From contig OZ024740.1 of assembly GCA_964016885.1 (NCBI GenBank), positions 282,100,001 through 282,164,000 on the forward strand: a stretch of DNA of 64,000 nucleotides. The letters run 5' to 3'. The stretch comes from Eledone cirrhosa (Eukaryota). Both the position numbers and the translations under genes were made by a program. Shown in pieces: positions 27,001-39,569 of the stretch. Below the pieces are notes generated by a model. That model saw only the letters and a list, made by a program, of their open reading frames with translations. It had not been told where the DNA came from and made no database searches. Numbering within the stretch: position 1 is the first letter of the stretch; every line of letters begins with the position of its first letter.

Positions 27001-28176
27001 TATATTAGCGTCATAATTAAGCTCTTTATTTTAAACATCTCAAACCAGAACACACACGAACACACATATATAGATATACATACATACACAAATGCACACA
27101 CGCACACACACACACATACACACACTCACACATGTACACCAGCAAATCAAATTCAACAACCCTTCCTCAGACATCACGTTTGATCTACAAACCAAGCTAC
27201 CATAATCACTTGGCGACTAACATTTGTCGGACCATCTACTAGCTATCATCGCTACACAATTACACGCTAATGAAGAAAACAAAAACACGTTTACAAACTT
27301 CGAAGACAACTACTAAACAGGAGTCAAAGTTTTCAGGATTGAACAATACATTAGACTCACCTCGAGTAATACTACACATATCTGGGCTCACCACCAATTT
27401 CTCATCGACAAAAGAAAATAAGCTATAAATTACACAAAACGGCGCACTGTGCATGATTACAACATATACACAAACTGCAACTATAAACCACCTACACAAA
27501 GAAACAAAATTATTAAAATATAAACCGGCTAAGTACGTAAGAGGGGTTAAGATTCAACGTTTGAACTCCTGTCACTATGTGAAAATCCCCCTCAAAACTC
27601 CCTAGTCACATATAATACACCAATCTACCACTACAACACGATCCTAAAAGGATTATTTCTTCCACTCAGCCCAGATAAACAAAAATATATGTACACATAA
27701 GCGAGTGTAGCATCGCTATGCTCACGAGTTTCACTTATATAATACCCATCACCAACGAAAACTGCAGACAAACAACTGTCTCCTCCTGACCGTGTCGATG
27801 TTGCTCACTTTTGCGGCAGCCCCCTATAGAAACCAGAAATTGAATTAACATTGGATCGAATGCATTTATCACAGCATGTCGGTTTGAGCAGAATAGAGCC
27901 CAGCTAGGTTGAAGCATGGTATAACTAGAAAGATGCGTATGAAGCTTTTGTTCCATCGTTCTGCCGACTACTTTCATGCCATGAAACTGCTCGATTTGAG
28001 TTTGGCGCTAAAAACAACATTCAATAATTTAACTATCTCAGTCGAAATTCCTCAGTTATTATTTTAAAAACTAAGGATGACATTAATGTTTTAAGACAGC
28101 TTGCAAATTCTTACGACGGAGATGTATATATTTTGATTTTCACCAACATCTGTTAATATTTATAGAATATACTTAC

Positions 28177-28209
28177 CGAGATCAGTGTCAGTACAAGAAC
28201 TTTATACAT
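28177..28209 (-). CDS. VWA-domain secreted protein (gene A), coding exon 1: MYKVLVLTLIS, first part of signal peptide
   Basis: ATG at 28209-28207, 33 nt, phase-0 donor GTAAGT, TATA box ~85 bp upstream; joins in frame to the next exon to give the signal-like MYKVLVLTLISMISMQAHC. Confidence 0.8.
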
Positions 28210-28291
28210 ATTGCGGCTTTTGTTGCTGAGACCTTACTGACTCTTCTTCATGAACAGGCGTCTGGGAATGCTTGAATCTGGCTGCAGTGGG

Positions 28292-28299
28292 TTTATATA
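28292..28299 (-). promoter_or_regulatory. TATA box (TATATAAA) of gene A
   Basis: TATATAAA on the minus strand in GC-richer context, ~85 bp upstream of the ATG; implies a TSS near 28270. Confidence 0.65.
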
Positions 28300-28939
28300 C
28301 ACGTTGTCTTTTAAATAAAGACACATAATTTATCAGACACGTGAACACATGTAGACACTCACACTCATACATACACACGTGTTTGCATACATACACATAG
28401 ACATACATACACATACAAATCGGAAACACTTGTTTCAATATACTTCAACATTCCTAAATCCGTTATCAATATAAATGATCCTGAAATTTAAACACGTAAA
28501 TACAAAAAAAAACAACAGATTTTCATTGTTCGGTGCGGAATTGAAGAAGGATTTCCTATTTAAAATTCCCTATTATCAAATAAGAAGATAAGAGCTATAA
28601 ACATCGCAATTGTAGCAACACTTCAAGAATGTTGTTTACTAGTAGATATCCGCGTTTCTACATGATTATATGTATGAAACACAATCTGTTATGTATCACA
28701 ACATGCTTACATAGATTAGACTATGCTAAGCATACTTTTCATTCCAACGAAACAAATAAAATATATAAACATAGATGCATGCACGGTCCCAGAACTCCTG
28801 ACATACAGCGTTTCTAAGTCATTTTAAAACCTGCATGAGCCCATCTCCTCTCCATATCTGAATACAGCAGATTTCTTCCATAGATGGATAGAAAGTAAGG
28901 GAATGGAAATGTGAAAGAGATATAGAGGAAGAATCGTCT

Positions 28940-29075
28940 CCAATACTTGACTGGTACTTTTTTATCAACCCCGAATGGATACGAGGCAAAGTTGACTTAG
29001 TTGGGATTTGAACTCAGAGAACAGAAACTCGGCACGAATACTGCAAAGCATTCTAATGATTGTCAATTCGCCGCC
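28940..29075 (-). mobile_element. Diverged SINE copy upstream of gene A
   Basis: Core and B-box-like GGGATTTGAACTCAG. Confidence 0.6.
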
Positions 29076-30729
29076 TATAAACTTATAGACTGAGGTCAAT
29101 TAGTTAAAAAAGTGATTCGCTGAGTTCAAATTGTTTATTTATATCCCTAATTTATAAATTAGATTAGTAGAATAAAAGTTATATATTTTTATGGATTCAT
29201 AAATTACCATTTTCTATAAGTTTGCTTCTCTTTTATTGTGATTAAAAAGTCTCTATCAAGTGTTTATTGGAATTAAATTGTAATACTTAATATCCAATTC
29301 CCTTGTTACCAGATGGCCGCATAACCAATAAGCTGAGGTGAGTCTGTTGAATCGTTTTTCTGATTACAGGGTCATGCAAATTGGGACCAGACACAATTCA
29401 TGAGAATTTCAATTTTCAAGTTACTCTTATGACATTTTTAGCTTGTTAGCGTGTACAGTAGGAGGCACTTAAGTTATACTGATAAATTGGTTGTTCTTTG
29501 TTTTACTGTTTTCCCCTCGAGATACAAAGGTATATTTGAACATATGAATTTCGTATATTTGATTTCAGGTAATTCTAGAAAGCATAACTCCCTTAATGAA
29601 AACAGAAGTCACAACCAGAACAGCATAAAACTAAATCTCCAACACTAAATTTGCCCCGAACCAGCCCAATAAGCCTATGAAATCACTTGATCTGCTAGTA
29701 ATGCTCATCAAATTCCACAAAAATCCAATCCTACCACATGAAGAAAGGAACGATACATTGAATAAGGTAGTTTTCGATTCAATAAGTCAGAAAACAAGAT
29801 GAAATTTCTTTGGTCATAGCCTGTTCGATTATATTTAATAACGTTTTGCTGTTGATAGCACAATAATTCAACATAACAGTGAAACAATAACAATTAGTAG
29901 AACTAGCTTTAGCTAATTACATTGCATAGTATTCAATTAGAATAAACCACAAAATATTGTTTAATATTTGCCATTTCTTCATTAAGATTTTTAGTTACAT
30001 CATTTGGATATTTCATTTAGGCTATATGCTTTGGGGAGCTTCTTAAATGATTTTATTGACTGTGTGTATCTATGTTAAAGAGTTTTGTGTTTATGGATTC
30101 TGTGAACAATAATTATGTAGCTTGTCTGATGTGATCCCATTTAGCTATTTGTAAAATTCTTGTAAGTTTTCACACATTGTTCATTGATGTCTTAGTTTGT
30201 CCTGATAGTGGTCGGTTAGTCTGAAAAGGTTTATTTTAATTAGCTTCGTAAAGTATGTGGATATATTGGCTTAGGATGTAAAGAGAATGATACCCATTTG
30301 ATTCTGTACCAGAGAGTGTTGTGTGAATAACCATAATTACTTCGTTTTGTTTTTCAAAAAACGATTTGGCTTCAAGTCAGGGTATTACATTTTAATGAGA
30401 TGGATGAAGAAATATGGGATGTTATCTCAACATCTGATATGTTAATATGCTTTGATTGCTAGCTGTTATTTTGTATTCCTAATATGTTGAATTAGTTTAT
30501 TAGTATTTGGTCGTTGTTTATATTTACTAGATTCATAAGCGTACGCATATTATGAGGCAGCTACAGTTGTTTGGTCTGTATTTCGTTATCAGGGAAAATG
30601 AGATTTTCGGAGGTGCCTTTTATTAACTTTTAACAATGTTTATTCGATTATAGCAATGGAAATATTGTTTATGTGACGATAAATCTGTTTTTCTGCCTCT
30701 GCTGATATATTGCAATATGTTCAGATTAT

Positions 30730-31180
30730 GCGCGTTCTAGTCGTTGAACTTAACATCAACAATGCATTTGAACATATCTGACACAGAAATATCCTAACAG
30801 AGCTGTCCACATATTATTTCTATCTATCTCTCGTCTCTTGGAGCAGTGGCTTTCTGTAAGATTGCACCATAGAGGCGTGTACTGATGGTGGTCTTCCGAA
30901 GCCACATTCCATCAACTTTGGAGTAACCTCATTCTTTCAAATTTTAAGAGCCCCCAAAAGCGTCAAATTCACTTGTCTTAGTCAGCCTGTTGCTGTCACG
31001 CCGTCGGTGTAGAATGGTTTCTAACATTTACTCCACGTCACCACACCACGGCTCTCTCAATCTCCGCACACGCAGTAACTTCACACTTTGTAGTTTAGCC
31101 ATTTGCGGTTGCAACACCATATCGTCGTACGCGAAGCTAAGCAGCTTCTCTTATGACCATACCACGAAATGAACATATCC
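30730..31180 (+). mobile_element. Highly degenerate CR1/L2-group LINE remnant
   Basis: LNINNAFEHI*H (~LDISKAFDRVWH), DG..KPHSINFGV (~INSGVPQ) and LLSRRR...TTK*N C-terminal patterns. Confidence 0.4.
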
Positions 31181-31507
31181 GCTACCACCTTCTTTTGTAT
31201 ACAGTGCCTTTGCGACTACTTTTACGAGTTTATATGTATGTATACGCAATAATTCATATACACCTCCATACACCCCACTCGCTCACAGCGACAGCCTGTC
31301 ACGGTCCAACGCCCATCCTTCAAACTTCTGTACAAACAAACGAACAACCCTAAACGCACACATATATACACGCACACACACACGAATACGCCCACACGCA
31401 CGCATAGATATGTCCATCCCAAATATACAATGGTTATACTATTAGCAACATGACCATCCCTAAATATAACTATATATATATATATATATAATTATATATA
31501 TGTATAT

Positions 31508-31623
31508 ATAAGTTGAAAAAAATGAAAACGAAATTTCATTTCTCACTCTTAGTATGGCACTTACTTAAATGTAAGTATGTATGTATACGTACATACATAT
31601 ATGTATACAGACGTACAGTAGCA

Positions 31624-31707
<84 letters not shown>

Positions 31708-32159
31708 CATACACACATGCATACAGGTACACATACATATATGCACGCATCAATTTAGCCGGAGTTTATTATAACGCCGGCCGCTTTGTTCGTTTGTTTG
31801 TCAACAAAGCGAACAGCCTGAATTTATGCCATACGGTGTTAAGGCAACCACGTCACCTTTTTGTTCAACACTGACACAGGAACGATGTACTAGTTTCAAG
31901 CTTGTTAGCTATCATCAGCACCGTTTACCCATCTGCCAGATAGTTGAACGTTCGAAAGTATATACTTTCCTTATGAAAATTAACGGCTGAGCAGCCTAAT
32001 TTGCATATTGAGTGAGTTAAATCGGTCAGGCATACCGAAAACGATAAGTTGAAAAAAATGAAAACGAAATTTCATTTCTCACTCTTAGTATGGCACTTAC
32101 TTAAATGTAAGTATGTATGTATACGTACATACATATATGTATACAGACGTACAGAAGCA

Positions 32160-32253
<94 letters not shown>

Positions 32254-32705
32254 CATACACACATGCATACAGGTACACATACATATATGCACGCATCAAT
32301 TTAGCCGGAGTTTATTATAACGCCGGCCGCTTTGTTCGTTTGTTTGTCAACAAAGCGAACAGCCTGAATTTATGCCATACGGTGTTAAGGCAACCACGTC
32401 ACCTTTTTGTTCAACACTGACACAGGAACGATGTACTAGTTTCAAGCTTGTTAGCTATCATCAGCACCGTTTACCCATCTGCCAGATAGTTGAACGTTCG
32501 AAAGTATATACTTTCCTTATGAAAATTAACGGCTGAGCAGCCTAATTTGCATATTGAGTGAGTTAAATCGGTCAGGCATACCGAAAACGATAAGTTGAAA
32601 AAAATGAAAACGAAATTTCATTTCTCACTCTTAGTATGGCACTTACTTAAATGTAAGTATGTATGTATACGTACATACATATATGTATACAGACGTACAG
32701 TAGCA

Positions 32706-32745
<40 letters not shown>

Positions 32746-33197
32746 CATACACACATGCATACAGGTACACATACATATATGCACGCATCAATTTAGCCGG
32801 AGTTTATTATAACGCCGGCCGCTTTGTTCGTTTGTTTGTCAACAAAGCGAACAGCCTGAATTTATGCCATACGGTGTTAAGGCAACCACGTCACCTTTTT
32901 GTTCAACACTGACACAGGAACGATGTACTAGTTTCAAGCTTGTTAGCTATCATCAGCACCGTTTACCCATCTGCCAGATAGTTGAACGTTCGAAAGTATA
33001 TACTTTCCTTATGAAAATTAACGGCTGAGCAGCCTAATTTGCATATTGAGTGAGTTAAATCGGTCAGGCATACCGAAAACGATAAGTTGAAAAAAATGAA
33101 AACGAAATTTCATTTCTCACTCTTAGTATGGCACTTACTTAAATGTAAGTATGTATGTATACGTACATACATATATGTATACAGACGTACAGTAGCA

Positions 33198-33277
<80 letters not shown>

Positions 33278-33729
33278 CATACACACATGCATACAGGTAC
33301 ACATACATATATGCACGCATCAATTTAGCCGGAGTTTATTATAACGCCGGCCGCTTTGTTCGTTTGTTTGTCAACAAAGCGAACAGCCTGAATTTATGCC
33401 ATACGGTGTTAAGGCAACCACGTCACCTTTTTGTTCAACACTGACACAGGAACGATGTACTAGTTTCAAGCTTGTTAGCTATCATCAGCACCGTTTACCC
33501 ATCTGCCAGATAGTTGAACGTTCGAAAGTATATACTTTCCTTATGAAAATTAACGGCTGAGCAGCCTAATTTGCATATTGAGTGAGTTAAATCGGTCAGG
33601 CATACCGAAAACGATAAGTTGAAAAAAATGAAAACGAAATTTCATTTCTCACTCTTAGTATGGCACTTACTTAAATGTAAGTATGTATGTATACGTACAT
33701 ACATATATGTATACAGACGTACAGTAGCA

Positions 33730-33787
<58 letters not shown>

Positions 33788-34237
33788 TACACACATGCAT
33801 ACAGGTACACATACATATATGCACGCATCAATTTAGCCGGAGTTTATTATAACGCCGGCCGCTTTGTTCGTTTGTTTGTCAACAAAGCGAACAGCCTGAA
33901 TTTATGCCATACGGTGTTAAGGCAACCACGTCACCTTTTTGTTCAACACTGACACAGGAACGATGTACTAGTTTCAAGCTTGTTAGCTATCATCAGCACC
34001 GTTTACCCATCTGCCAGATAGTTGAACGTTCGAAAGTATATACTTTCCTTATGAAAATTAACGGCTGAGCAGCCTAATTTGCATATTGAGTGAGTTAAAT
34101 CGGTCAGGCATACCGAAAACGATAAGTTGAAAAAAATGAAAACGAAATTTCATTTCTCACTCTTAGTATGGCACTTACTTAAATGTAAGTATGTATGTAT
34201 ACGTACATACATATATGTATACAGACGTACAGTAGCA

Positions 34238-34311
<74 letters not shown>

Positions 34312-34324
34312 CATACACACATGC
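31508..34324 (-). repeat. Variant A, left arm (~5.4 monomers; hammerhead on minus strand, 5 copies)
   Basis: Unit starts at 31513, 32049, 32595, 33087, 33619, 34127; ends at the inversion junction. Confidence 0.95.
31872..31938 (-). ncRNA. Type I hammerhead ribozyme, first minus-strand copy of the array
   Basis: Reverse complement of the motif at 34748-34814; core at 31881-31925. Confidence 0.85.
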
Positions 34325-34460
34325 CTTAACACCGTATGGCATAAATTCAGGCTGTTCGCTTTGTTGACAAACAAACGAACAAAGCGGCCGGCGTTATAAT
34401 AAACTCCGGCTAAATTGATGCGTGCATATATGTATGTGTACCTGTATGCATGTGTGTATG

Positions 34461-34526
<66 letters not shown>

Positions 34527-34679
34527 TGCTACTGTACGTCTGTATACATATATGTATGTACGTATACATACATACTTACATTTAAGTAAGTGCCATACTA
34601 AGAGTGAGAAATGAAATTTCGTTTTCATTTTTTTCAACTTATCGTTTTCGGTATGCCTGACCGATTTAACTCACTCAAT

Positions 34680-34687
34680 ATGCAAAT
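34680..34687 (+). promoter_or_regulatory. Octamer motif ATGCAAAT in each monomer (representative copy)
   Basis: Exact POU/Oct site ~80 nt upstream of the hammerhead core; mutated to ATGGAAAT in the copy near 37268. Function unproven. Confidence 0.45.
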
Positions 34688-34747
34688 TAGGCTGCTCAGC
34701 CGTTAATTTTCATAAGGAAAGTATATACTTTCGAACGTTCAACTATC

Positions 34748-34814
34748 TGGCAGATGGGTAAACGGTGCTGATGATAGCTAACAAGCTTGAAACTAGTACA
34801 TCGTTCCTGTGTCA
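34748..34814 (+). ncRNA. Type I hammerhead ribozyme (representative of 30 array copies); predicted cleavage after GUA at 34798
   Basis: Stem I AACGGUG/CAUCGUU, extended past a UA bulge by UGGG/CCUG and UGGCA/UGUCA; core CUGAUGA; stem II AGCU-AACA-AGCU with a U.U base; GAAA; palindromic minimal stem III AC-UA-GU; then A17. Confidence 0.85.
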
Positions 34815-34978
34815 GTGTTGAACAAAAAGGTGACGTGGTTGCCTTAACACCGTATGGCATAAATTCAGGCTGTTCGCTTTGTTGACAAACAAACGAACAA
34901 AGCGGCCGGCGTTATAATAAACTCCGGCTAAATTGATGCGTGCATATATGTATGTGTACCTGTATGCATGTGTGTATG

Positions 34979-35050
<72 letters not shown>

Positions 35051-35498
35051 TGCTACTGTACGTCTGTATACATATATGTATGTACGTATACATACATACT
35101 TACATTTAAGTAAGTGCCATACTAAGAGTGAGAAATGAAATTTCGTTTTCATTTTTTTCAACTTATCGTTTTCGGTATGCCTGACCGATTTAACTCACTC
35201 AATATGCAAATTAGGCTGCTCAGCCGTTAATTTTCATAAGGAAAGTATATACTTTCGAACGTTCAACTATCTGGCAGATGGGTAAACGGTGCTGATGATA
35301 GCTAACAAGCTTGAAACTAGTACATCGTTCCTGTGTCAGTGTTGAACAAAAAGGTGACGTGGTTGCCTTAACACCGTATGGCATAAATTCAGGCTGTTCG
35401 CTTTGTTGACAAACAAACGAACAAAGCGGCCGGCGTTATAATAAACTCCGGCTAAATTGATGCGTGCATATATGTATGTGTACCTGTATGCATGTGTG

Positions 35499-35570
<72 letters not shown>

Positions 35571-36022
35571 TGCTACTGTACGTCTGTATACATATATGTA
35601 TGTACGTATACATACATACTTACATTTAAGTAAGTGCCATACTAAGAGTGAGAAATGAAATTTCGTTTTCATTTTTTTCAACTTATCGTTTTCGGTATGC
35701 CTGACCGATTTAACTCACTCAATATGCAAATTAGGCTGCTCAGCCGTTAATTTTCATAAGGAAAGTATATACTTTCGAACGTTCAACTATCTGGCAGATG
35801 GGTAAACGGTGCTGATGATAGCTAACAAGCTTGAAACTAGTACATCGTTCCTGTGTCAGTGTTGAACAAAAAGGTGACGTGGTTGCCTTAACACCGTATG
35901 GCATAAATTCAGGCTGTTCGCTTTGTTGACAAACAAACGAACAAAGCGGCCGGCGTTATAATAAACTCCGGCTAAATTGATGCGTGCATATATGTATGTG
36001 TACCTGTATGCATGTGTGTATG

Positions 36023-36074
<52 letters not shown>

Positions 36075-36526
36075 TGCTACTGTACGTCTGTATACATATA
36101 TGTATGTACGTATACATACATACTTACATTTAAGTAAGTGCCATACTAAGAGTGAGAAATGAAATTTCGTTTTCATTTTTTTCAACTTATCGTTTTCGGT
36201 ATGCCTGACCGATTTAACTCACTCAATATGCAAATTAGGCTGCTCAGCCGTTAATTTTCATAAGGAAAGTATATACTTTCGAACGTTCAACTATCTGGCA
36301 GATGGGTAAACGGTGCTGATGATAGCTAACAAGCTTGAAACTAGTACATCGTTCCTGTGTCAGTGTTGAACAAAAAGGTGACGTGGTTGCCTTAACACCG
36401 TATGGCATAAATTCAGGCTGTTCGCTTTGTTGACAAACAAACGAACAAAGCGGCCGGCGTTATAATAAACTCAGGCTAAATTGATGCGTGCATATATGTA
36501 TGTGTACCTGTATGCATGTGTGTATG

Positions 36527-36596
<70 letters not shown>

Positions 36597-37044
36597 TGCT
36601 ACTGTACGTCTGTATACATATATGTATGTACGTATACATACATACTTACATTTAAGTAAGTGCCATACTAAGAGTGAGAAATGAAATTTCGTTTTCATTT
36701 TTTTCAACTTATCGTTTTCGGTATGCCTGACCGATTTAACTCACTCAATATGCAAATTAGGCTGCTCAGCCGTTAATTTTCATAAGGAAAGTATATACTT
36801 TCGAACGTTCAACTATCTGGCAGATGGGTAAACGGTGCTGATGATAGCTAACAAGCTTGAAACTAGTACATCGTTCCTGTGTCAGTGTTGAACAAAAAGG
36901 TGACGTGGTTGCCTTAACACCGTATGGCATAAATTCAGGCTGTTCGCTTTGTTGACAAACAAACGAACAAAGCGGCCGGCGTTATAATAAACTCCGGCTA
37001 AATTGATGCGTGCATATATGTATGTGTACCTGTATGCATGTGTG

Positions 37045-37114
<70 letters not shown>

Positions 37115-37566
37115 TGCTACTGTACGTCTGTATACATATATGTATGTACGTATACATACATACTTACATTTAAGTAAGTGCCATACTAAGAGTGAGAAAT
37201 GAAATTTCGTTTTCATTTTTTTCAACTTATCGTTTTCGGTATGCCTGACCGATTTAACTCACTCAATATGGAAATTAGGCTGCTCAGCCGTTAATTTTCA
37301 TAAGGAAAGTATATACTTTCGAACGTTCAACTATCTGGCAGATGGGTAAACGGTGCTGATGATAGCTAACAAGCTTGAAACTAGTACATCGTTCCTGTGT
37401 CAGTGTTGAACAAAAAGGTGACGTGGTTGCCTTAACACCGTATGGCATAAATTCAGGCTGTTCGCTTTGTTGACAAACAAACGAACAAAGCGGCCGGCGT
37501 TATAATAAACTCCGGCTAAATTGATGCGTGCATATATGTATGTGTACCTGTATGCATGTGTGTATG

Positions 37567-37607
<41 letters not shown>

Positions 37608-37613
<6 letters not shown>

Positions 37614-39569
37614 TGAAACAAAATGAAAACGAAATTTCATTTCTCACTCTTAGTATGGCACTTACTTAAATGTAAGTATGCATGTATACGTACATACATA
37701 TATGTATACAGACGTACAGTAGCATGCACATATATATATATATATACATATATACATACATATGCATACAGGTACACATACATATATGCACGTATCAGTT
37801 TAGCGGCGCTAACGTCGCTTTGTTCGTTTGTAAACAATCTGAACAGCCTGAATTTATGCCATACGGTGTTAAGGCAACCACGTCACCTTTTTGTTCAACA
37901 CTGACACAGGAACGATGTACTAGTTTCAAGCTTGTTAGCTATCATCAGCACCGTTTACCCATCTGCCAGATAGTTGAACGTTCGAAAGTATATACTTTCC
38001 TTATGAAAATTAACGGCTGAGCAGCCTAATTTGCATATTGAGTGAGTTAAATCGGTCAGGCATACCGAAAACGATAAATTGAAACAAAATGAAAACGAAA
38101 TTTCATTTCTCACTCTTAGTATGGCACTTACTTAAATGTAAGTATGCATGTATACGTACATACATATATGTATACAGACGTACAGTAGCATGCACATATA
38201 TATATATATATACATATATACATACATATGCATACAGGTACACATACATATATGCACGTATCAGTTTAGCGGCGCTAACGTCGCTTTGTTCGTTTGTAAA
38301 CAAACTGAACAGCCTGAATTTATGCCATACGGTGTTAAGGCAACCACGTCACCTTTTTGTTCAACACTGACACAGGAACGATGTACTAGTTTCAAGCTTG
38401 TTAGCTATCATCAGCACCGTTTACCCATCTGCCAGATAGTTGAACGTTCGAAAGTATATACTTTCCTTATGAAAATTAACGGCTGAGCAGCCTAATTTGC
38501 ATATTGAGTGAGTTAAATCGGTCAGGCATACCGAAAACGATAAATTGAAACAAAATGAAAACGAAATTTCATTTCTCACTCTTAGTATGGCACTTACTTA
38601 AATGTAAGTATGCATGTATACGTACATACATATATGTATACAGACGTACAGTAGCATGCACATATATATATATATATACATATATACATACATATGCATA
38701 CAGGTACACATACATATATGCACGTATCAGTTTAGCGGCGCTAACGTCGCTTTGTTCGTTTGTAAACAAACTGAACAGCCTGAATTTATGCCATACGGTG
38801 TTAAGGCAACCACGTCACCTTTTTGTTCAACACTGACACAGGAACGATGTACTAGTTTCAAGCTTGTTAGCTATCATCAGCACCGTTTACCCATCTGCCA
38901 GATAGTTGAACGTTCGAAAGTATATACTTTCCTTATGAAAATTAACGGCTGAGCAGCCTAATTTGCATATTGAGTGAGTTAAATCGGTCAGGCATACCGA
39001 AAACGATAAATTGAAACAAAATGAAAACGAAATTTCATTTCTCACTCTTAGTATGGCACTTACTTAAATGTAAGTATGCATGTATACGTACATACATATA
39101 TGTATACAGACGTACAGTAGCATGCACATATATATATATATATACATATATACATACATATGCATACAGGTACACATACATATATGCACGTATCAGTTTA
39201 GCGGCGCTAACGTCGCTTTGTTCGTTTGTAAACAAACTGAACAGCCTGAATTTATGCCATACGGTGTTAAGGCAACCACGTCACCTTTTTGTTCAACACT
39301 GACACAGGAACGATGTACTAGTTTCAAGCTTGTTAGCTATCATCAGCACCGTTTACCCATCTGCCAGATAGTTGAACGTTCGAAAGTATATACTTTCCTT
39401 ATGAAAATTAACGGCTGAGCAGCCTAATTTGCATATTGAGTGAGTTAAATCGGTCAGGCATACCGAAAACGATAAATTGAAACAAAATGAAAACGAAATT
39501 TCATTTCTCACTCTTAGTATGGCACTTACTTAAATGTAAGTATGCATGTATACGTACATACATATATGT
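37608..39569 (-). repeat. Variant B, left arm (~4.2 x 466 bp; 4 hammerheads on minus strand)
   Basis: Exact 466-bp period (ORF starts 37623, 38089, 38555, 39021). Confidence 0.95.

Larger units (their letters stand above)
34322..37607 (+). repeat. Variant A, inverted arm part 1 (6 hammerheads on plus strand)
   Basis: Reverse complement of the left arm; interrupted inside an (AT)n tract at ~37607 by block B. Confidence 0.95.

Noticed and set aside
29880-30700. Possible old Penelope RT remnants (also ~12300-12700, 14100-14700, 27150-27740)
   Set aside because: Only scattered motif-like fragments; too degenerate to support by eye.
31508-37607. CRISPR-like array (constant repeat with variable spacer)
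   Set aside because: The variable part is only (AT)n length, the repeats are ~460 bp, the context is eukaryotic and there are no cas genes.
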